From: a virus
Length of the DNA: 64,000 nt
Strand: one strand, 5' to 3'
IMG/VR virus record: IMGVR_UViG_3300021440_000014
Span: 32,001 to 96,000 of that record
Position numbers and translations under genes: made by a program. The notes beneath the pieces are model-generated. The model worked only from the letters and a program-made list of their open reading frames with translations. It was not told the DNA's origin and searched no databases. Below, piece after piece: positions 9,168-19,360 of the stretch; within the stretch, counting starts at the first letter, position 1; each line of letters begins with the position of its first letter.

Positions 9168-9766
9168 TTAGTTGTAAATTTTAATTTTAAATCATTAAGT
9201 ATCTTAGAGATATAAGGAGTTGGCTTAAATGCGCCATCTCTAAGTCTGTCTATAGATTGTAAGCCCCTGCCAGATCTACTAGAAGATGAAGTTGAAAAAT
9301 TTTTCCAGTAAATATATTCCGTAAATCCAGATATACCATTTTCAATACCTCTTAACCAACTATTACCAGAATCCCAAGGAAGAGGAGTCAAATCATATAA
9401 AGTCCTATAAGAAGGTATTTTTACTTTATAGTTAAAAATTATTTTTGTGCCCCGTTCTATTATAGTAGGGGTATCGTTCATGGAAATAAGTAATTCTAAA
9501 GCCCTTAAGACATCTTCTATTGGAGTAGATCCTGAATCGAAACCTATAAACGAGAATAAATTTCCTTTTCCAGCCAAAGTCTGAGAAATATTAGAAGAAT
9601 TTTCGTCACTTAATTCTTTACTGACCTTATGTTCTTCAAATTGCTCTAATGCAGCTATTTTAGCCGCATTAAATCTTGCTTCAGCGGCATTATAAGCAAT
9701 GTTTTTCAAGGAATTTATTCTAGCCTTCCTTGTTTCGTTATTAAACTGTATTGCGTTAAATCTCAT
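9164..9766 (-). CDS. Putative neck/virion morphogenesis protein
   Basis: Position in neck cluster; basic C-terminus ending KPTPYISKIL. Confidence 0.45.
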   Translation of the reverse strand: MRFNAIQFNNETRKARINSLKNIAYNAAEARFNAAKIAALEQFEEHKVSKELSDENSSNISQTLAGKGNLFSFIGFDSGSTPIEDVLRALELLISMNDTPTIIERGTKIIFNYKVKIPSYRTLYDLTPLPWDSGNSWLRGIENGISGFTEYIYWKNFSTSSSSRSGRGLQSIDRLRDGAFKPTPYISKILNDLKLKFTTK

Positions 9767-10212
9767 TAAGTAGTGCTATACAAAGTAAAATAATAATAAA
9801 TTAACCCCTGAAAGTTTTGGACGCTTTCGCCCCCAATATTATTATAACTTATTCCATCCATCTCGAATAGTTCGTTTCTTCCGTTTTTTATAAATTCTCT
9901 GGCATCTTTTTGAACTTTAATCCTAGACATATTCACGCTAGATAAGCTTTGAACGTCTGGTTGGTTCGCAGAGTTTTGATTTTTATTATCTACCTTGATA
10001 ACCGGGAATATGCCAGAAACAGGAACCATTATAAAATTATCCTCATTCGAAGAAAATTGATATCCTGCATAAATATTCTCAGAACTGTTAACAATTACCC
10101 TTTTCGGCTCTTTATGAACAATTAAATTCCTTCCATTTGAGAATGTGTCAAAATGTCTCGCGAAAATACCTGTTTTTGAATATATTTGAGAGTCTGAAAG
10201 TAAACTACTCAT
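9766..10212 (-). CDS. Putative head-closure protein
   Basis: 148 aa, beta-rich; synteny only. Confidence 0.4.
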   Translation of the reverse strand: MSSLLSDSQIYSKTGIFARHFDTFSNGRNLIVHKEPKRVIVNSSENIYAGYQFSSNEDNFIMVPVSGIFPVIKVDNKNQNSANQPDVQSLSSVNMSRIKVQKDAREFIKNGRNELFEMDGISYNNIGGESVQNFQGLIYYYFTLYSTT

Positions 10213-10215
10213 GTG

Positions 10216-10689
10216 TTATCTCCTTTGATAGTAATCTCTTGGGCGGACCTCTATTAATTCTTCATCGCCGCAAACTTGCACAGGAGCAACGGAATTGTTA
10301 TTATATCCTTTAACAAGTTTATCAAGGGATTCCTGTTCCAGTTTTTTCATCTGAATGTAGCTCTTGCTTATTTCGTTTTTATTGACTGTTCTCACAGTTC
10401 CTCCGTCAGATGAGACTTCGAGTATTATATCCTGAGAGGCCACGCCAAGAAAACTCCTTATCTTCTTATCGTAAAAATAAATGCTATACAATTTTTTTAG
10501 TATAGCTTTTTCGTCAACATTCAATTCTGGGGAGATGTCAATAGAATCCTCTGACACTTGGAATGAAGTTGCTATTAAATTATTTAAATCTCCTATGTTA
10601 TTGACTATCCAATAACTAATAGAAGGAGTTGAAAGAGAGCTATCGTCTAGCTCTCTTCTTATTTCATCTGCAATTGATACAACTTTCAT
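10216..10689 (-). CDS. Putative head-tail adaptor
   Basis: 157 aa, helical with a beta-hairpin (VSSDGGTVRTV); first gene of the neck unit, GTGTAA at 10702-10707. Confidence 0.45.
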   Translation of the reverse strand: MKVVSIADEIRRELDDSSLSTPSISYWIVNNIGDLNNLIATSFQVSEDSIDISPELNVDEKAILKKLYSIYFYDKKIRSFLGVASQDIILEVSSDGGTVRTVNKNEISKSYIQMKKLEQESLDKLVKGYNNNSVAPVQVCGDEELIEVRPRDYYQRR

Positions 10690-10719
10690 ATCTATGTATT
10701 ATTACACAGATATGTATTT

Positions 10720-11058
10720 TTATTTACCTTCGCCGAGAATTTTTAATGCGCTAGTTGAAATACTTTTGCCATTATTGGTTTGTTTTGCGGGCATTTTATA
10801 TAAACCAACGTATGCATTAAACTCTTTAACGAGTTTTCTGACGATAAGATCTCTGTTATCGCTGGGCTGAACACCAACTTTTCTTGCGTGAAGTTGTAAA
10901 TCAGACAGATTCATAGATTGAATCTCTTTGATATATTCGTCTAGCTTAAGTGTTCCGTATTTAGTCATTCCTTTGTCACCCCAAACTTGATCTAGAGTAG
11001 AGGGCGCGAAATTTTCTTCTTTACCGTTAATTTGAGTGATTTTTTTTGGTTTTGCCAT
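10720..11058 (-). CDS. Small protein with a HeH/Rho-N-like helical motif
   Basis: MNLSDLQLHARKVGV...RDLIVRKL pattern. Confidence 0.45.
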   Translation of the reverse strand: MAKPKKITQINGKEENFAPSTLDQVWGDKGMTKYGTLKLDEYIKEIQSMNLSDLQLHARKVGVQPSDNRDLIVRKLVKEFNAYVGLYKMPAKQTNNGKSISTSALKILGEGK

Positions 11059-11091
11059 ATATATTATTTTACTATTTTATATTTTTAATTT

Positions 11092-13005
11092 CTAATCTAT
11101 TTTCTTGAAGCCGGGACCGATATCTCTTCTTCTAGAGCTATTTCCAGAATAAGACGCTTTTGGATCTGCTACGAATGGATTAGTTCCATAATAATATCTA
11201 TATCCTGCGGGAATCCTTGTTGGTTCATTTTCGGTAGGCTTATATGGATCGTATGGTGGCCACTGTAAGCTACCAAAGAATGTAGGCTTTGAAGTTAAAT
11301 AAAAGCTATTTGGAATTGTTTTATCATAAGTATGAACTACATTTTTTTCATCCCAAACAATTGCAGATCCGGGAGCTAAATCGCTGGCTCTATAACTCCA
11401 ATTACCCCATCTTATCATTGTTTCTCTTACGTTAGTATCGTATTCAAGAGATTCTCTTGGATTACGAGAATCATCTCCTGAACCATTTATTATATACCCT
11501 AATTTAAAAAGCGTAGTATAAACGTTGTCGTAAGGGAAATATTTTAGATTATAACACTCGTAAATAGATTCTGGTGCCCCTCCCGTTGTTCCTCCTAAAA
11601 TATTACCAACAAACATCCAATAATGATTTCTTCTACAAACATCTACGGTTATCGTCTGGGCGTCTATAAATTCATTCCCTCTATCTTGAGAAAATATTCT
11701 ATTTCTAAGAATAGTAAAATGAGAGCTTGTCCCCCAATATTCGTCTGCTCTTATACCTGATGCTGAAAAATTTCCTTCTATTAAATTCATAAAAGGATGT
11801 CCTCCGTGCATCAAATTACTAAATCTTCTAATAATATCTGAATCTCCTTCTCCTAATCTCCACCAAATATTTGTAACGAAATTATAGCTAACTACATTTC
11901 CAGAAGTGCATCCTTCAAAACATACTGTTCCTATCGTTAGTTTTTCTGATATATTATCCGTAATCAATAAAGCAGAAGTATGAGGGCCAAGAAAAATAGG
12001 ATATGCCCTGTCTGAAGTATAATGTAAATCTCTTTCGTTTCCGACCGGAACTCCTCCATAGAGATAGCAACCGCTTATTTCTGACCATAAAGCGTTATAA
12101 ACCCAGAAAGCCCTTCTATGTGCTCCTATCAATTTCACATTTTTTACCCAACAATTAACCCATCCAAAAACCGTAATAGTATCAAACGCATCTGAGTCTA
12201 GGTTATCAAGAGTTAAATTTTCTAAACCAGCCTCCTCTACCATTGGCCCAATTCTTACCGCTTGAGGTTGGTTTGTATAAGAAAAATACAAAGGAGGATC
12301 TATTTGAACCGTCGTTGAATTAACTACGTTAGTTATTTTGACTATTTGCCCACATGGTCTAGTCCCAGATTCTCTACCCAACCAAGTAGCATACTGATTA
12401 GCTCCTCCTCCTCCTGTTCCGGCTGATGTAAAATTCGAAACAGGAAGAATAGCACCCTCATTCGTTTTAGTGTCTACTATGAGATATTGACCTACTGACC
12501 AATTATGTGTTGTAGAAGTAGTTAAATTAACGGAATCTTTTGTTGGAGACACTAAATCAAAAGCTGGATAAGTTGACCAAGAGAAATCAAAACCCATATC
12601 AAAATTAACCATTCTTTTTGATAAAAGTTTAATTGGAGTAATTACTCCTGTTTCTGCATTCGTTGAATAGGAAGATATATAAAAAAGATCTGGAGAAACC
12701 CCTTTAATAATAGTTTCATACATGTTTTCTCCTTTTAAAGTTACATAACTTGGGATTTTTAAAGCTTCATCTATTAAATATGTTCCATTTTTTAAAAGAA
12801 CAATTTTATTTGGTGGGCAGTTACTTATAGCTGCTTGTATTTGTTTCGTTGTAGCCCCCGGATTTATAATAGTATAAATTTCTCTGTCCGTATTCACCGT
12901 AGATCTAAGACCCGGATTCCAGTTTATTCTTAAATTATCTGGAATAATAGTAGAAAAACAGTTATGAATAAATAGGAAAAAAAGTAAAAAATAAATTGAT
13001 TTCAT
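11092..13005 (-). CDS. Secreted right-handed beta-helix (pectate-lyase-like/depolymerase-like) protein, copy C3
   Basis: Sec signal MKSIYFLLFFLFIHNCFS; IQAAISNCP...VLLKNGTY...VTLKG and GLENLTL beta-helix motifs; paralog of 14890..16698 and 16767..18596. Confidence 0.8.
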   Translation of the reverse strand: MKSIYFLLFFLFIHNCFSTIIPDNLRINWNPGLRSTVNTDREIYTIINPGATTKQIQAAISNCPPNKIVLLKNGTYLIDEALKIPSYVTLKGENMYETIIKGVSPDLFYISSYSTNAETGVITPIKLLSKRMVNFDMGFDFSWSTYPAFDLVSPTKDSVNLTTSTTHNWSVGQYLIVDTKTNEGAILPVSNFTSAGTGGGGANQYATWLGRESGTRPCGQIVKITNVVNSTTVQIDPPLYFSYTNQPQAVRIGPMVEEAGLENLTLDNLDSDAFDTITVFGWVNCWVKNVKLIGAHRRAFWVYNALWSEISGCYLYGGVPVGNERDLHYTSDRAYPIFLGPHTSALLITDNISEKLTIGTVCFEGCTSGNVVSYNFVTNIWWRLGEGDSDIIRRFSNLMHGGHPFMNLIEGNFSASGIRADEYWGTSSHFTILRNRIFSQDRGNEFIDAQTITVDVCRRNHYWMFVGNILGGTTGGAPESIYECYNLKYFPYDNVYTTLFKLGYIINGSGDDSRNPRESLEYDTNVRETMIRWGNWSYRASDLAPGSAIVWDEKNVVHTYDKTIPNSFYLTSKPTFFGSLQWPPYDPYKPTENEPTRIPAGYRYYYGTNPFVADPKASYSGNSSRRRDIGPGFKKID

Positions 13006-13775
13006 AAAGGATCGCTTCCAATTTTATCAGGGCTAACTCTCACTTTGTCTATTCTATAATCTGATGGAGTGTACTCAGAGTAAAACCATATTCCATTAGC
13101 TGAACCAGTTGACTTACCATTTGTTATCGCAGTGTAAAAAGATGATCCGCTGGCAGGTTTAGTTTCGCTATTCAAAGCCATAAATACTTCAGCAAGTGAA
13201 TTAGCTCCAGTTCCGGCAACATAATGTAACCATATACTTATAGTATCCGTAGGTGCTGCGGCACCAACTGTAGATATTTCTACATAGCCAGTTGATCCAA
13301 AAGCTCCTTCTATTAATTTCAAAGTGCCATTATAATTTAAATACAGCGAACAAATAGGAGTGTTATCTTGACTCCCAGACATTAAATTAAAAATAGTTGT
13401 TCCGTCTTGATATGTAACTCTTTTGAATCTAAAATACACATATACCTCTGAAGTTAAATCAAAAGCCCCAACGTAGTAGATACGAGCACCATCTTGAAGT
13501 CTTAAACTTTTAGAGCCAACAAGAGGATCTGTAGCATACGCGAATTCAACAGTTCCCACTAAAGGAAAACCAACAACAAATTGTTGAACCCAACCCGGAA
13601 GAAAAACTCCTTCTTGAGCATCCTCGAAATCTTCTTTATAAATATAAGTTGGAGCAGCCTCACAACAATCTGGGTTTTTAGTTAAATGATTTTTTCTTTT
13701 AAAGATTGAAACCTGCTGAGAAAAACACTGAGTAGATAAAAGAAATAAAAATATTAAATTTAAAATTTTTACCAT
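13002..13775 (-). CDS. Secreted ConA/lectin-like beta-sandwich protein, copy B2
   Basis: Signal peptide; EDFE...GSKSLRL...IDKVRVS pattern; paralog of 18593..19360. Confidence 0.65.
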   Translation of the reverse strand: MVKILNLIFLFLLSTQCFSQQVSIFKRKNHLTKNPDCCEAAPTYIYKEDFEDAQEGVFLPGWVQQFVVGFPLVGTVEFAYATDPLVGSKSLRLQDGARIYYVGAFDLTSEVYVYFRFKRVTYQDGTTIFNLMSGSQDNTPICSLYLNYNGTLKLIEGAFGSTGYVEISTVGAAAPTDTISIWLHYVAGTGANSLAEVFMALNSETKPASGSSFYTAITNGKSTGSANGIWFYSEYTPSDYRIDKVRVSPDKIGSDPL

Positions 13776-14890
13776 GTTGCCGTCTCCTCTGGATCAACTA
13801 AGTTCTCGAAATACCTTATGACAATGAAATATATTTTGGCTACTCCGGGTAAGTCGTCTGCGGTTTCATCAACTAATCTTCTTATTCTTAAATCTAGAAT
13901 AGCCCCAGAAGTAGACGTTGAATGCCCAAGATTTAAGTTGCCACTTGAAGAGGATTTTATTAAATCGTTAAAAGCGGTTTGCGAGCTAGTTATTTTTATT
14001 TCAGTGCCATAAGATTGATCTACTGGATCATCGTGTTCTACCATATCTGCGGATATACCCCAAACTACGGATTTACTTGGGATTGCATTTGAAGCCGACC
14101 AATAGACTTTTACCTCTACATTACCTTTATCCCAAGTTTCAGGCATCGGGACGGAAGCGCAAACAGTTTGTATAGTCGTATTTGTAAACTCCATAAAGTC
14201 TCTTCTTTTAAAATTTACGATACTTTCTTCTGTCCCATAAATTGCGCCAGCCGTAAAATTAGTTAGCATGGCTCCCGCTGGTATAGCTAAGGTTCTGTAA
14301 ATACCAGATCTAGAATTATTCCTCCACTCTCCTTCTCCAGTGGTAGAATTAGTGCATGTCCAAACGTAGTTACTTTGCGCATTGCTATTGGGAATTCTAA
14401 TGTCAAATAATGTTGGACTGCGATTATAAACATTAGTATTATATAGACCCGTTCTATTATTTTGATATGAATCACACCAAAACTTTTGATTACTATAATT
14501 AAAGAAATACATGTTAGTAGAAGGGATTCCTCCTAAAACTGGATTGCTACCATCTAACTCTTTCGCATTAGAAGGAAAATACGCAAAAACAGAATTAGTA
14601 TTAACCAATTCTACAACTACCTGTTTAAATGTATTCGCTTCGTTTGGTTGATTGGCAAATGATATAGTGAAATTATTGCTAGGATAAACTATATAGTAAT
14701 TAGTCCTCCAATCTACAACTATGTTTGTTGTATTGTTAAGTTTAATCATCGTTTTAGATCCATTTTTAAGATTAAAAATGGAAAGACCTGTCTGAACAAC
14801 GAACCCAGTAACAGGATCATATTGAACAGTTCTTAGTTGTCCGAAACAAGTAATGGCACTAAGCAATAAAAATAAAAATATATTTCTCAT
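13769..14890 (-). CDS. Secreted fibre/adaptor-like protein, copy A2
   Basis: Signal peptide; N-terminal domain paralogous to 19351..20115; extra C-terminal beta-sandwich (VPMPETWDKG). Confidence 0.6.
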   Translation of the reverse strand: MRNIFLFLLLSAITCFGQLRTVQYDPVTGFVVQTGLSIFNLKNGSKTMIKLNNTTNIVVDWRTNYYIVYPSNNFTISFANQPNEANTFKQVVVELVNTNSVFAYFPSNAKELDGSNPVLGGIPSTNMYFFNYSNQKFWCDSYQNNRTGLYNTNVYNRSPTLFDIRIPNSNAQSNYVWTCTNSTTGEGEWRNNSRSGIYRTLAIPAGAMLTNFTAGAIYGTEESIVNFKRRDFMEFTNTTIQTVCASVPMPETWDKGNVEVKVYWSASNAIPSKSVVWGISADMVEHDDPVDQSYGTEIKITSSQTAFNDLIKSSSSGNLNLGHSTSTSGAILDLRIRRLVDETADDLPGVAKIYFIVIRYFENLVDPEETATW

Positions 14891-16698
14891 TAGTCTTTCT
14901 TGATTATAATTTCAAATTTTCCTTTTCCAAAAATCGTTTCTGGCGCAGGAGTTGGATCTACTACGGGTGGGGGTTCCTGTGTTCCTCCAGAAGAAGCGGG
15001 TGGATTTACTCCATAAACATATCTATATCCTGCTGGAATATTTGTTGGCGAAAAATTAGGATTAGAAGGATCGTATGGGGGCCATTTTAGGAAACCGAAA
15101 GAAGAAGGTTTGCTAGTGAGATAAAAGCTATCAGGAATTACTTTGCTAGTAGTATCTACGACATTATTAGGGTGCCAAGTTTGACCTGAGCCAGCTATCG
15201 TATCATTTGTCCTATAGCACCAATTGCCCCATCTAATCATAGTAATCAAAGTAGAAGGATCATAGCTTGTTGCCCCACTTCCTAGGCTATTATAGCCTAT
15301 TTTCCAAATAGAAGAAATAGAACTGCTATAAGGAGCAGGCTCTCCATTAATTAATTCGTAATTTCCCTCTTGGACTTCCGTTCCGCCAAGTAAATTACCA
15401 ATGAAAGACCAATACCAATTACGTCTTTCAACGTCTACTGTCCAAGTTTGTGCGTCATCTGCGCCTCTATCTATCTGGCAAATTCTATTTCTCAACGCAG
15501 TGAAATGAGAGCTTGTTCCCCAATACTCGTCTGCCCTGATACGTCCGCCACTCCAATTTCCTTCTATAAGATTCATCATGGGGTGAGGACCATGCATAAG
15601 CGGGCCAAAGCGTCTCGGGCTATCTCCAGTATTAGACCACCAAATATTTGTAATAAAATTATAGCTGAAAACATTACCAGAAGAGTTACCCTCCCAGCAC
15701 ATACCCATCGTAAGTTTTTCGAGAATATTGTCAGTAATTAAACATGCGGTCGCGTGTGGGCCAAGAAAAGGAGCATAAGATCTATCGCTAATATAAGCTC
15801 CGCTATTATCTGTTCCTACGGGGCGACCCTCATGAATTAAACATCCATTAATTTCGAACCATAGCGCATTATAAACCCAATAAGATCTTCTATCTATACC
15901 TCTCACTTCTATGTTCTTTGTCCAGCAATTAACTGCCCCAAAAACGCCTACGTTGTCTCTAACCCTAACTGGATGACCATTTAGCGACAAATCCTCTGCT
16001 CCAGCATACTCTGTGATTCCTGTCATTTTTACTCCCTGCGGAGAATTTGCGTAGCTCCAGTAAAGAGGGGGACTAAATGTAACGCTTGTTGGAGAAACTA
16101 CTGACGTAATTTTGACAAGTTGACCAACGCATCTTCTGCCTGAGTCTCTACCTACCCAATTAGCAGAACCTAAAGAGCCAGCATGATCCATTGGGGGGTT
16201 TCCGGCTGGCTGCTCTAACATATCAAAAAGAACTAAATCTCCAGTCACCCATCCATGTGCTGTAGTTGTGCTAATTGTATCACTATCTTTAACGGCTGAT
16301 ACTATAGATTTGGCGGGTTGACTCCAACTTTCATCAAAATTATTATCGAAAGAAATAATAGTGCTTCCAGAAAAGGCTGCGGCAGGTTGAAGGATAGTAT
16401 TACTAATTCCCGCCCCCCTCAAAGTAACTTTACTTGGGATTACTAGAGTCGAAGAAAGATTATAAGTTCCAGAAGATAATTGAACTACCTGATTTTGAGG
16501 ACAAGTATCTAATGCCGATTGAATTTCTGCTTTCGTCGCTCCAGCAGCAATAGTTTTAAAAATTACTGTTCTATTGGGGATTCCGCCTCTAACTCCAGCG
16601 TCCCAATTGATTCTATAAGAAGGAGGAAGAATTTCGCTTAAGCAACTGAAAGCGAAAAACATAAAAATAATAAAAATGGTAAATCTGATTTTGTTCAT
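14890..16698 (-). CDS. Secreted beta-helix protein, copy C2
   Basis: Signal peptide; shares HGPHP.MNLIEGN and RADEYWGTS with C1/C3; Pro-rich C-terminal linker. Confidence 0.8.
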   Translation of the reverse strand: MNKIRFTIFIIFMFFAFSCLSEILPPSYRINWDAGVRGGIPNRTVIFKTIAAGATKAEIQSALDTCPQNQVVQLSSGTYNLSSTLVIPSKVTLRGAGISNTILQPAAAFSGSTIISFDNNFDESWSQPAKSIVSAVKDSDTISTTTAHGWVTGDLVLFDMLEQPAGNPPMDHAGSLGSANWVGRDSGRRCVGQLVKITSVVSPTSVTFSPPLYWSYANSPQGVKMTGITEYAGAEDLSLNGHPVRVRDNVGVFGAVNCWTKNIEVRGIDRRSYWVYNALWFEINGCLIHEGRPVGTDNSGAYISDRSYAPFLGPHATACLITDNILEKLTMGMCWEGNSSGNVFSYNFITNIWWSNTGDSPRRFGPLMHGPHPMMNLIEGNWSGGRIRADEYWGTSSHFTALRNRICQIDRGADDAQTWTVDVERRNWYWSFIGNLLGGTEVQEGNYELINGEPAPYSSSISSIWKIGYNSLGSGATSYDPSTLITMIRWGNWCYRTNDTIAGSGQTWHPNNVVDTTSKVIPDSFYLTSKPSSFGFLKWPPYDPSNPNFSPTNIPAGYRYVYGVNPPASSGGTQEPPPVVDPTPAPETIFGKGKFEIIIKKD

Positions 16699-16766
16699 AT
16701 AAGTATTATAATAATTAAAGTATGTAATATATACTTTTTTACACTATTTTAGGGATAATCAATAGA

Positions 16767-18596
16767 TTACCTGTCCATAGATTTTATATTAGGTCTTCCT
16801 TTACCATTTATGACTCTAATGTTTCCAGTTGATAGCCCAGATCCAGAACCCCCTCCACCCCCGCCTCCTTCTTGAGGGGGATTCCCTAGTCCAAAAGCTC
16901 TCCAAGCCGCAGGAAGATTAGTAGCAGTATTCATTGCTAAAGATCTAGTAGGATCAAACGGTGGCCAACTTAGCCCAGCAAAATTAGTTGGTTTAGCACT
17001 AAGATAAAATGAGTTAGTTATAGTAGTGTAAGAAGTATCTAAAACGCTGTTCGTGTGCCAAACTTGACCACTACCACTTATGCTATCATTAGTTCTGTAA
17101 GTCCAGCAGCCCCAACGAATTGTATTTGTCCATACATAAGGATCATAATTTGCACTGGTATTGCCTAAACTTTCATAGCCCAACTTCCAAATTGTTGCAG
17201 TTCCTTCTGAAAAAGATTCGCCTAATATGTATTCATAATTGCTTTCGTTGACACCGGGAGCACCACCTGCAACTTCGCCAAGAAACACCCAATTGCGGTT
17301 GTTTCTTTCAATGTCGTAAGTCCAAGCTTGTTGGGCGGGCGAACCTCTATCAACCTGAAGAACTCTATTGCGTAAGCTTACAAAACTATCTGAAGTTCCA
17401 AAGTATTCGTCTGCCCTTGTTCTGCCAGCAAGCCAATTGCCTTCAATAAGGTTTAAAGTAGGGTGAGGTCCGTGCATCAATACTGCAAAGCGGCGAGGAG
17501 GATCAGTGTTTGCGTCCCACCAGATATTAGTAGTATAATTATAAGAAAATACATTACCAGAAGCAGCACCTTCAAAAGATATCGCCATAGTAACCTTTTC
17601 TATCCAATTATCTGTAATTAAACCTGCGGAGCAGTGCGGACCAAGAAACCCACCATAGGCACGTTCGCTAGTATACTGCGCGTCATTATCATTTCCTACC
17701 GGAATACCTCCTTCAATATGGTTTGCTGAAATTGTTGGCCACAAAGCTCCATAAACCCAATATGCTCTAGATTTTATACCTCTTATATGGCACCTAGTAA
17801 CCCAACATTCTATGGCTCCTTGCCATTGAGTATTATGATCTATGGTTAAAGAGCTATTAGCGATAGTTACATCTTCCACTCCAGCCCTGTGAACTAATCC
17901 AGTTATTTTCGCTGACTGAGGGGAATTACTATAGCTACTATAAAAAGGAGGATCTATTTGAAATACAGTAGTAGATACAATATTTGTAATTTTAGATACT
18001 TGACCATTAGGGCGGTTTCCTACCGCCGCTGGTCTTCCGCAGTAATTACAATCTCCAAGTGTCCCTCTATTCCTGATAGGCTTTAAATTAGAAGTATTAG
18101 TAACTTGATCTATTATGACATAATCGCCTGCGCTGTAACCATGAGCCACGGAAGAGGTTGCATTCACGCTACCTTTTACTGGAGTGACTAAATCTCTTAT
18201 TGGTCCACTATCCCAATGGTAGCTATAACCATTATCAAACATTACTATTGTATTTCCTGAAAAAGTAGGAGCATTAGTCAATATAGTTACTCCCATGCCA
18301 GCCCCTCTTAAAGTCACGCCATCTTTACTCATCTCTATACTAGCAGAAAGAGAGTAAACTCCAGCAGATAAAAGGACTACTTGGTTCGATGGACACGCAG
18401 CTATAGCAGCATTAATTGTTGCTGCTGAAGCACCAGATACTATTGTGGTATAAATCGTTTGACGATCTGGAATGCCCCCTCTAACCCCCGGATTCCATTC
18501 TATAATTCTTTCATCTGGAATTATGGGCGAAAAGTTCTGAGATAGAGCATTAAAACAAAATGCTAATATAAATAAAATTGAAAATATTTTTTTCAT
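16767..18596 (-). CDS. Secreted beta-helix protein, copy C1
   Basis: Signal peptide; same family; poly-Gly linker and basic tail. Confidence 0.8.
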   Translation of the reverse strand: MKKIFSILFILAFCFNALSQNFSPIIPDERIIEWNPGVRGGIPDRQTIYTTIVSGASAATINAAIAACPSNQVVLLSAGVYSLSASIEMSKDGVTLRGAGMGVTILTNAPTFSGNTIVMFDNGYSYHWDSGPIRDLVTPVKGSVNATSSVAHGYSAGDYVIIDQVTNTSNLKPIRNRGTLGDCNYCGRPAAVGNRPNGQVSKITNIVSTTVFQIDPPFYSSYSNSPQSAKITGLVHRAGVEDVTIANSSLTIDHNTQWQGAIECWVTRCHIRGIKSRAYWVYGALWPTISANHIEGGIPVGNDNDAQYTSERAYGGFLGPHCSAGLITDNWIEKVTMAISFEGAASGNVFSYNYTTNIWWDANTDPPRRFAVLMHGPHPTLNLIEGNWLAGRTRADEYFGTSDSFVSLRNRVLQVDRGSPAQQAWTYDIERNNRNWVFLGEVAGGAPGVNESNYEYILGESFSEGTATIWKLGYESLGNTSANYDPYVWTNTIRWGCWTYRTNDSISGSGQVWHTNSVLDTSYTTITNSFYLSAKPTNFAGLSWPPFDPTRSLAMNTATNLPAAWRAFGLGNPPQEGGGGGGGSGSGLSTGNIRVINGKGRPNIKSMDR

Positions 18597-19360
18597 GGTG
18601 CTGACGTGGAATCTCCTACTTGAATTTTATCGTAGATTAATTCCATAATACCTGTAAAGTCTACCCAGCCTATAGCCAGCCAGTTAGCATTTGCTGTTCC
18701 TGTTCCAGTGCTTAAGCTAGTAAAATTATTTCCAGAAGTGGGACGAGAGCCATCTGTAGAGAAACATACTGAAGCAACTCCATTTGCCCCGCTACCCGCA
18801 ACGTATCTAATATAAACATGATAAGTGGTTCCATCAGACATTGTTCCAACAGTAGCAGACGAAGAGGTCGCCCCATGTCTTACTTTCAGTGCCCCGCCAG
18901 ATGTCAATAAAACATCTGCAATCCTACTTTGAGAAGAGTTCCATATTTCTAGCATTTTGGCGTCTCCAGAATTAGGTGTGCTAACTGGTCTTATCATGAA
19001 ATAAAACCATCTTTCTGATCCAGCAGTAAAAGTATTGTATATGAAACTAGAAGCATCACTTGCAGTTAATATTCTTAAAGATTGGCTACCATCTAGAACC
19101 GTAGTAGTATAGTCTTCATTAACTGTTCCTCCTCCAAGGGATTCAGTCCACGCAGGGGAAGTAGTTGAATATCCTGTTCCTTCAAAAGTTTCGTTTAAAA
19201 GAGTAGAAGTAAGTCCTCCGCTACCTCCCCCACCACCACCGCTAGACACTTTATATTTTAATATAGATGAAATAAATGAAACGTTCCTAACCCCAACTGA
19301 ATAAGAAGGCGTAAAAGAAAAAAGAATGAATAATATGATTAAATATTTTTTCATTTCCAT
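18593..19360 (-). CDS. Secreted ConA/lectin-like protein, copy B1
   Basis: Signal peptide, short N-terminal peptide, poly-Gly linker, then ETFEG...GSQSLRI domain. Confidence 0.65.
   Translation of the reverse strand: MEMKKYLIILFILFSFTPSYSVGVRNVSFISSILKYKVSSGGGGGGSGGLTSTLLNETFEGTGYSTTSPAWTESLGGGTVNEDYTTTVLDGSQSLRILTASDASSFIYNTFTAGSERWFYFMIRPVSTPNSGDAKMLEIWNSSQSRIADVLLTSGGALKVRHGATSSSATVGTMSDGTTYHVYIRYVAGSGANGVASVCFSTDGSRPTSGNNFTSLSTGTGTANANWLAIGWVDFTGIMELIYDKIQVGDSTSAP

Noticed and set aside
11092-18596. Diversity-generating retroelement acting on the paralogous beta-helix genes
   Set aside because: No reverse transcriptase and no near-identical TR/VR pair; divergence is spread throughout.
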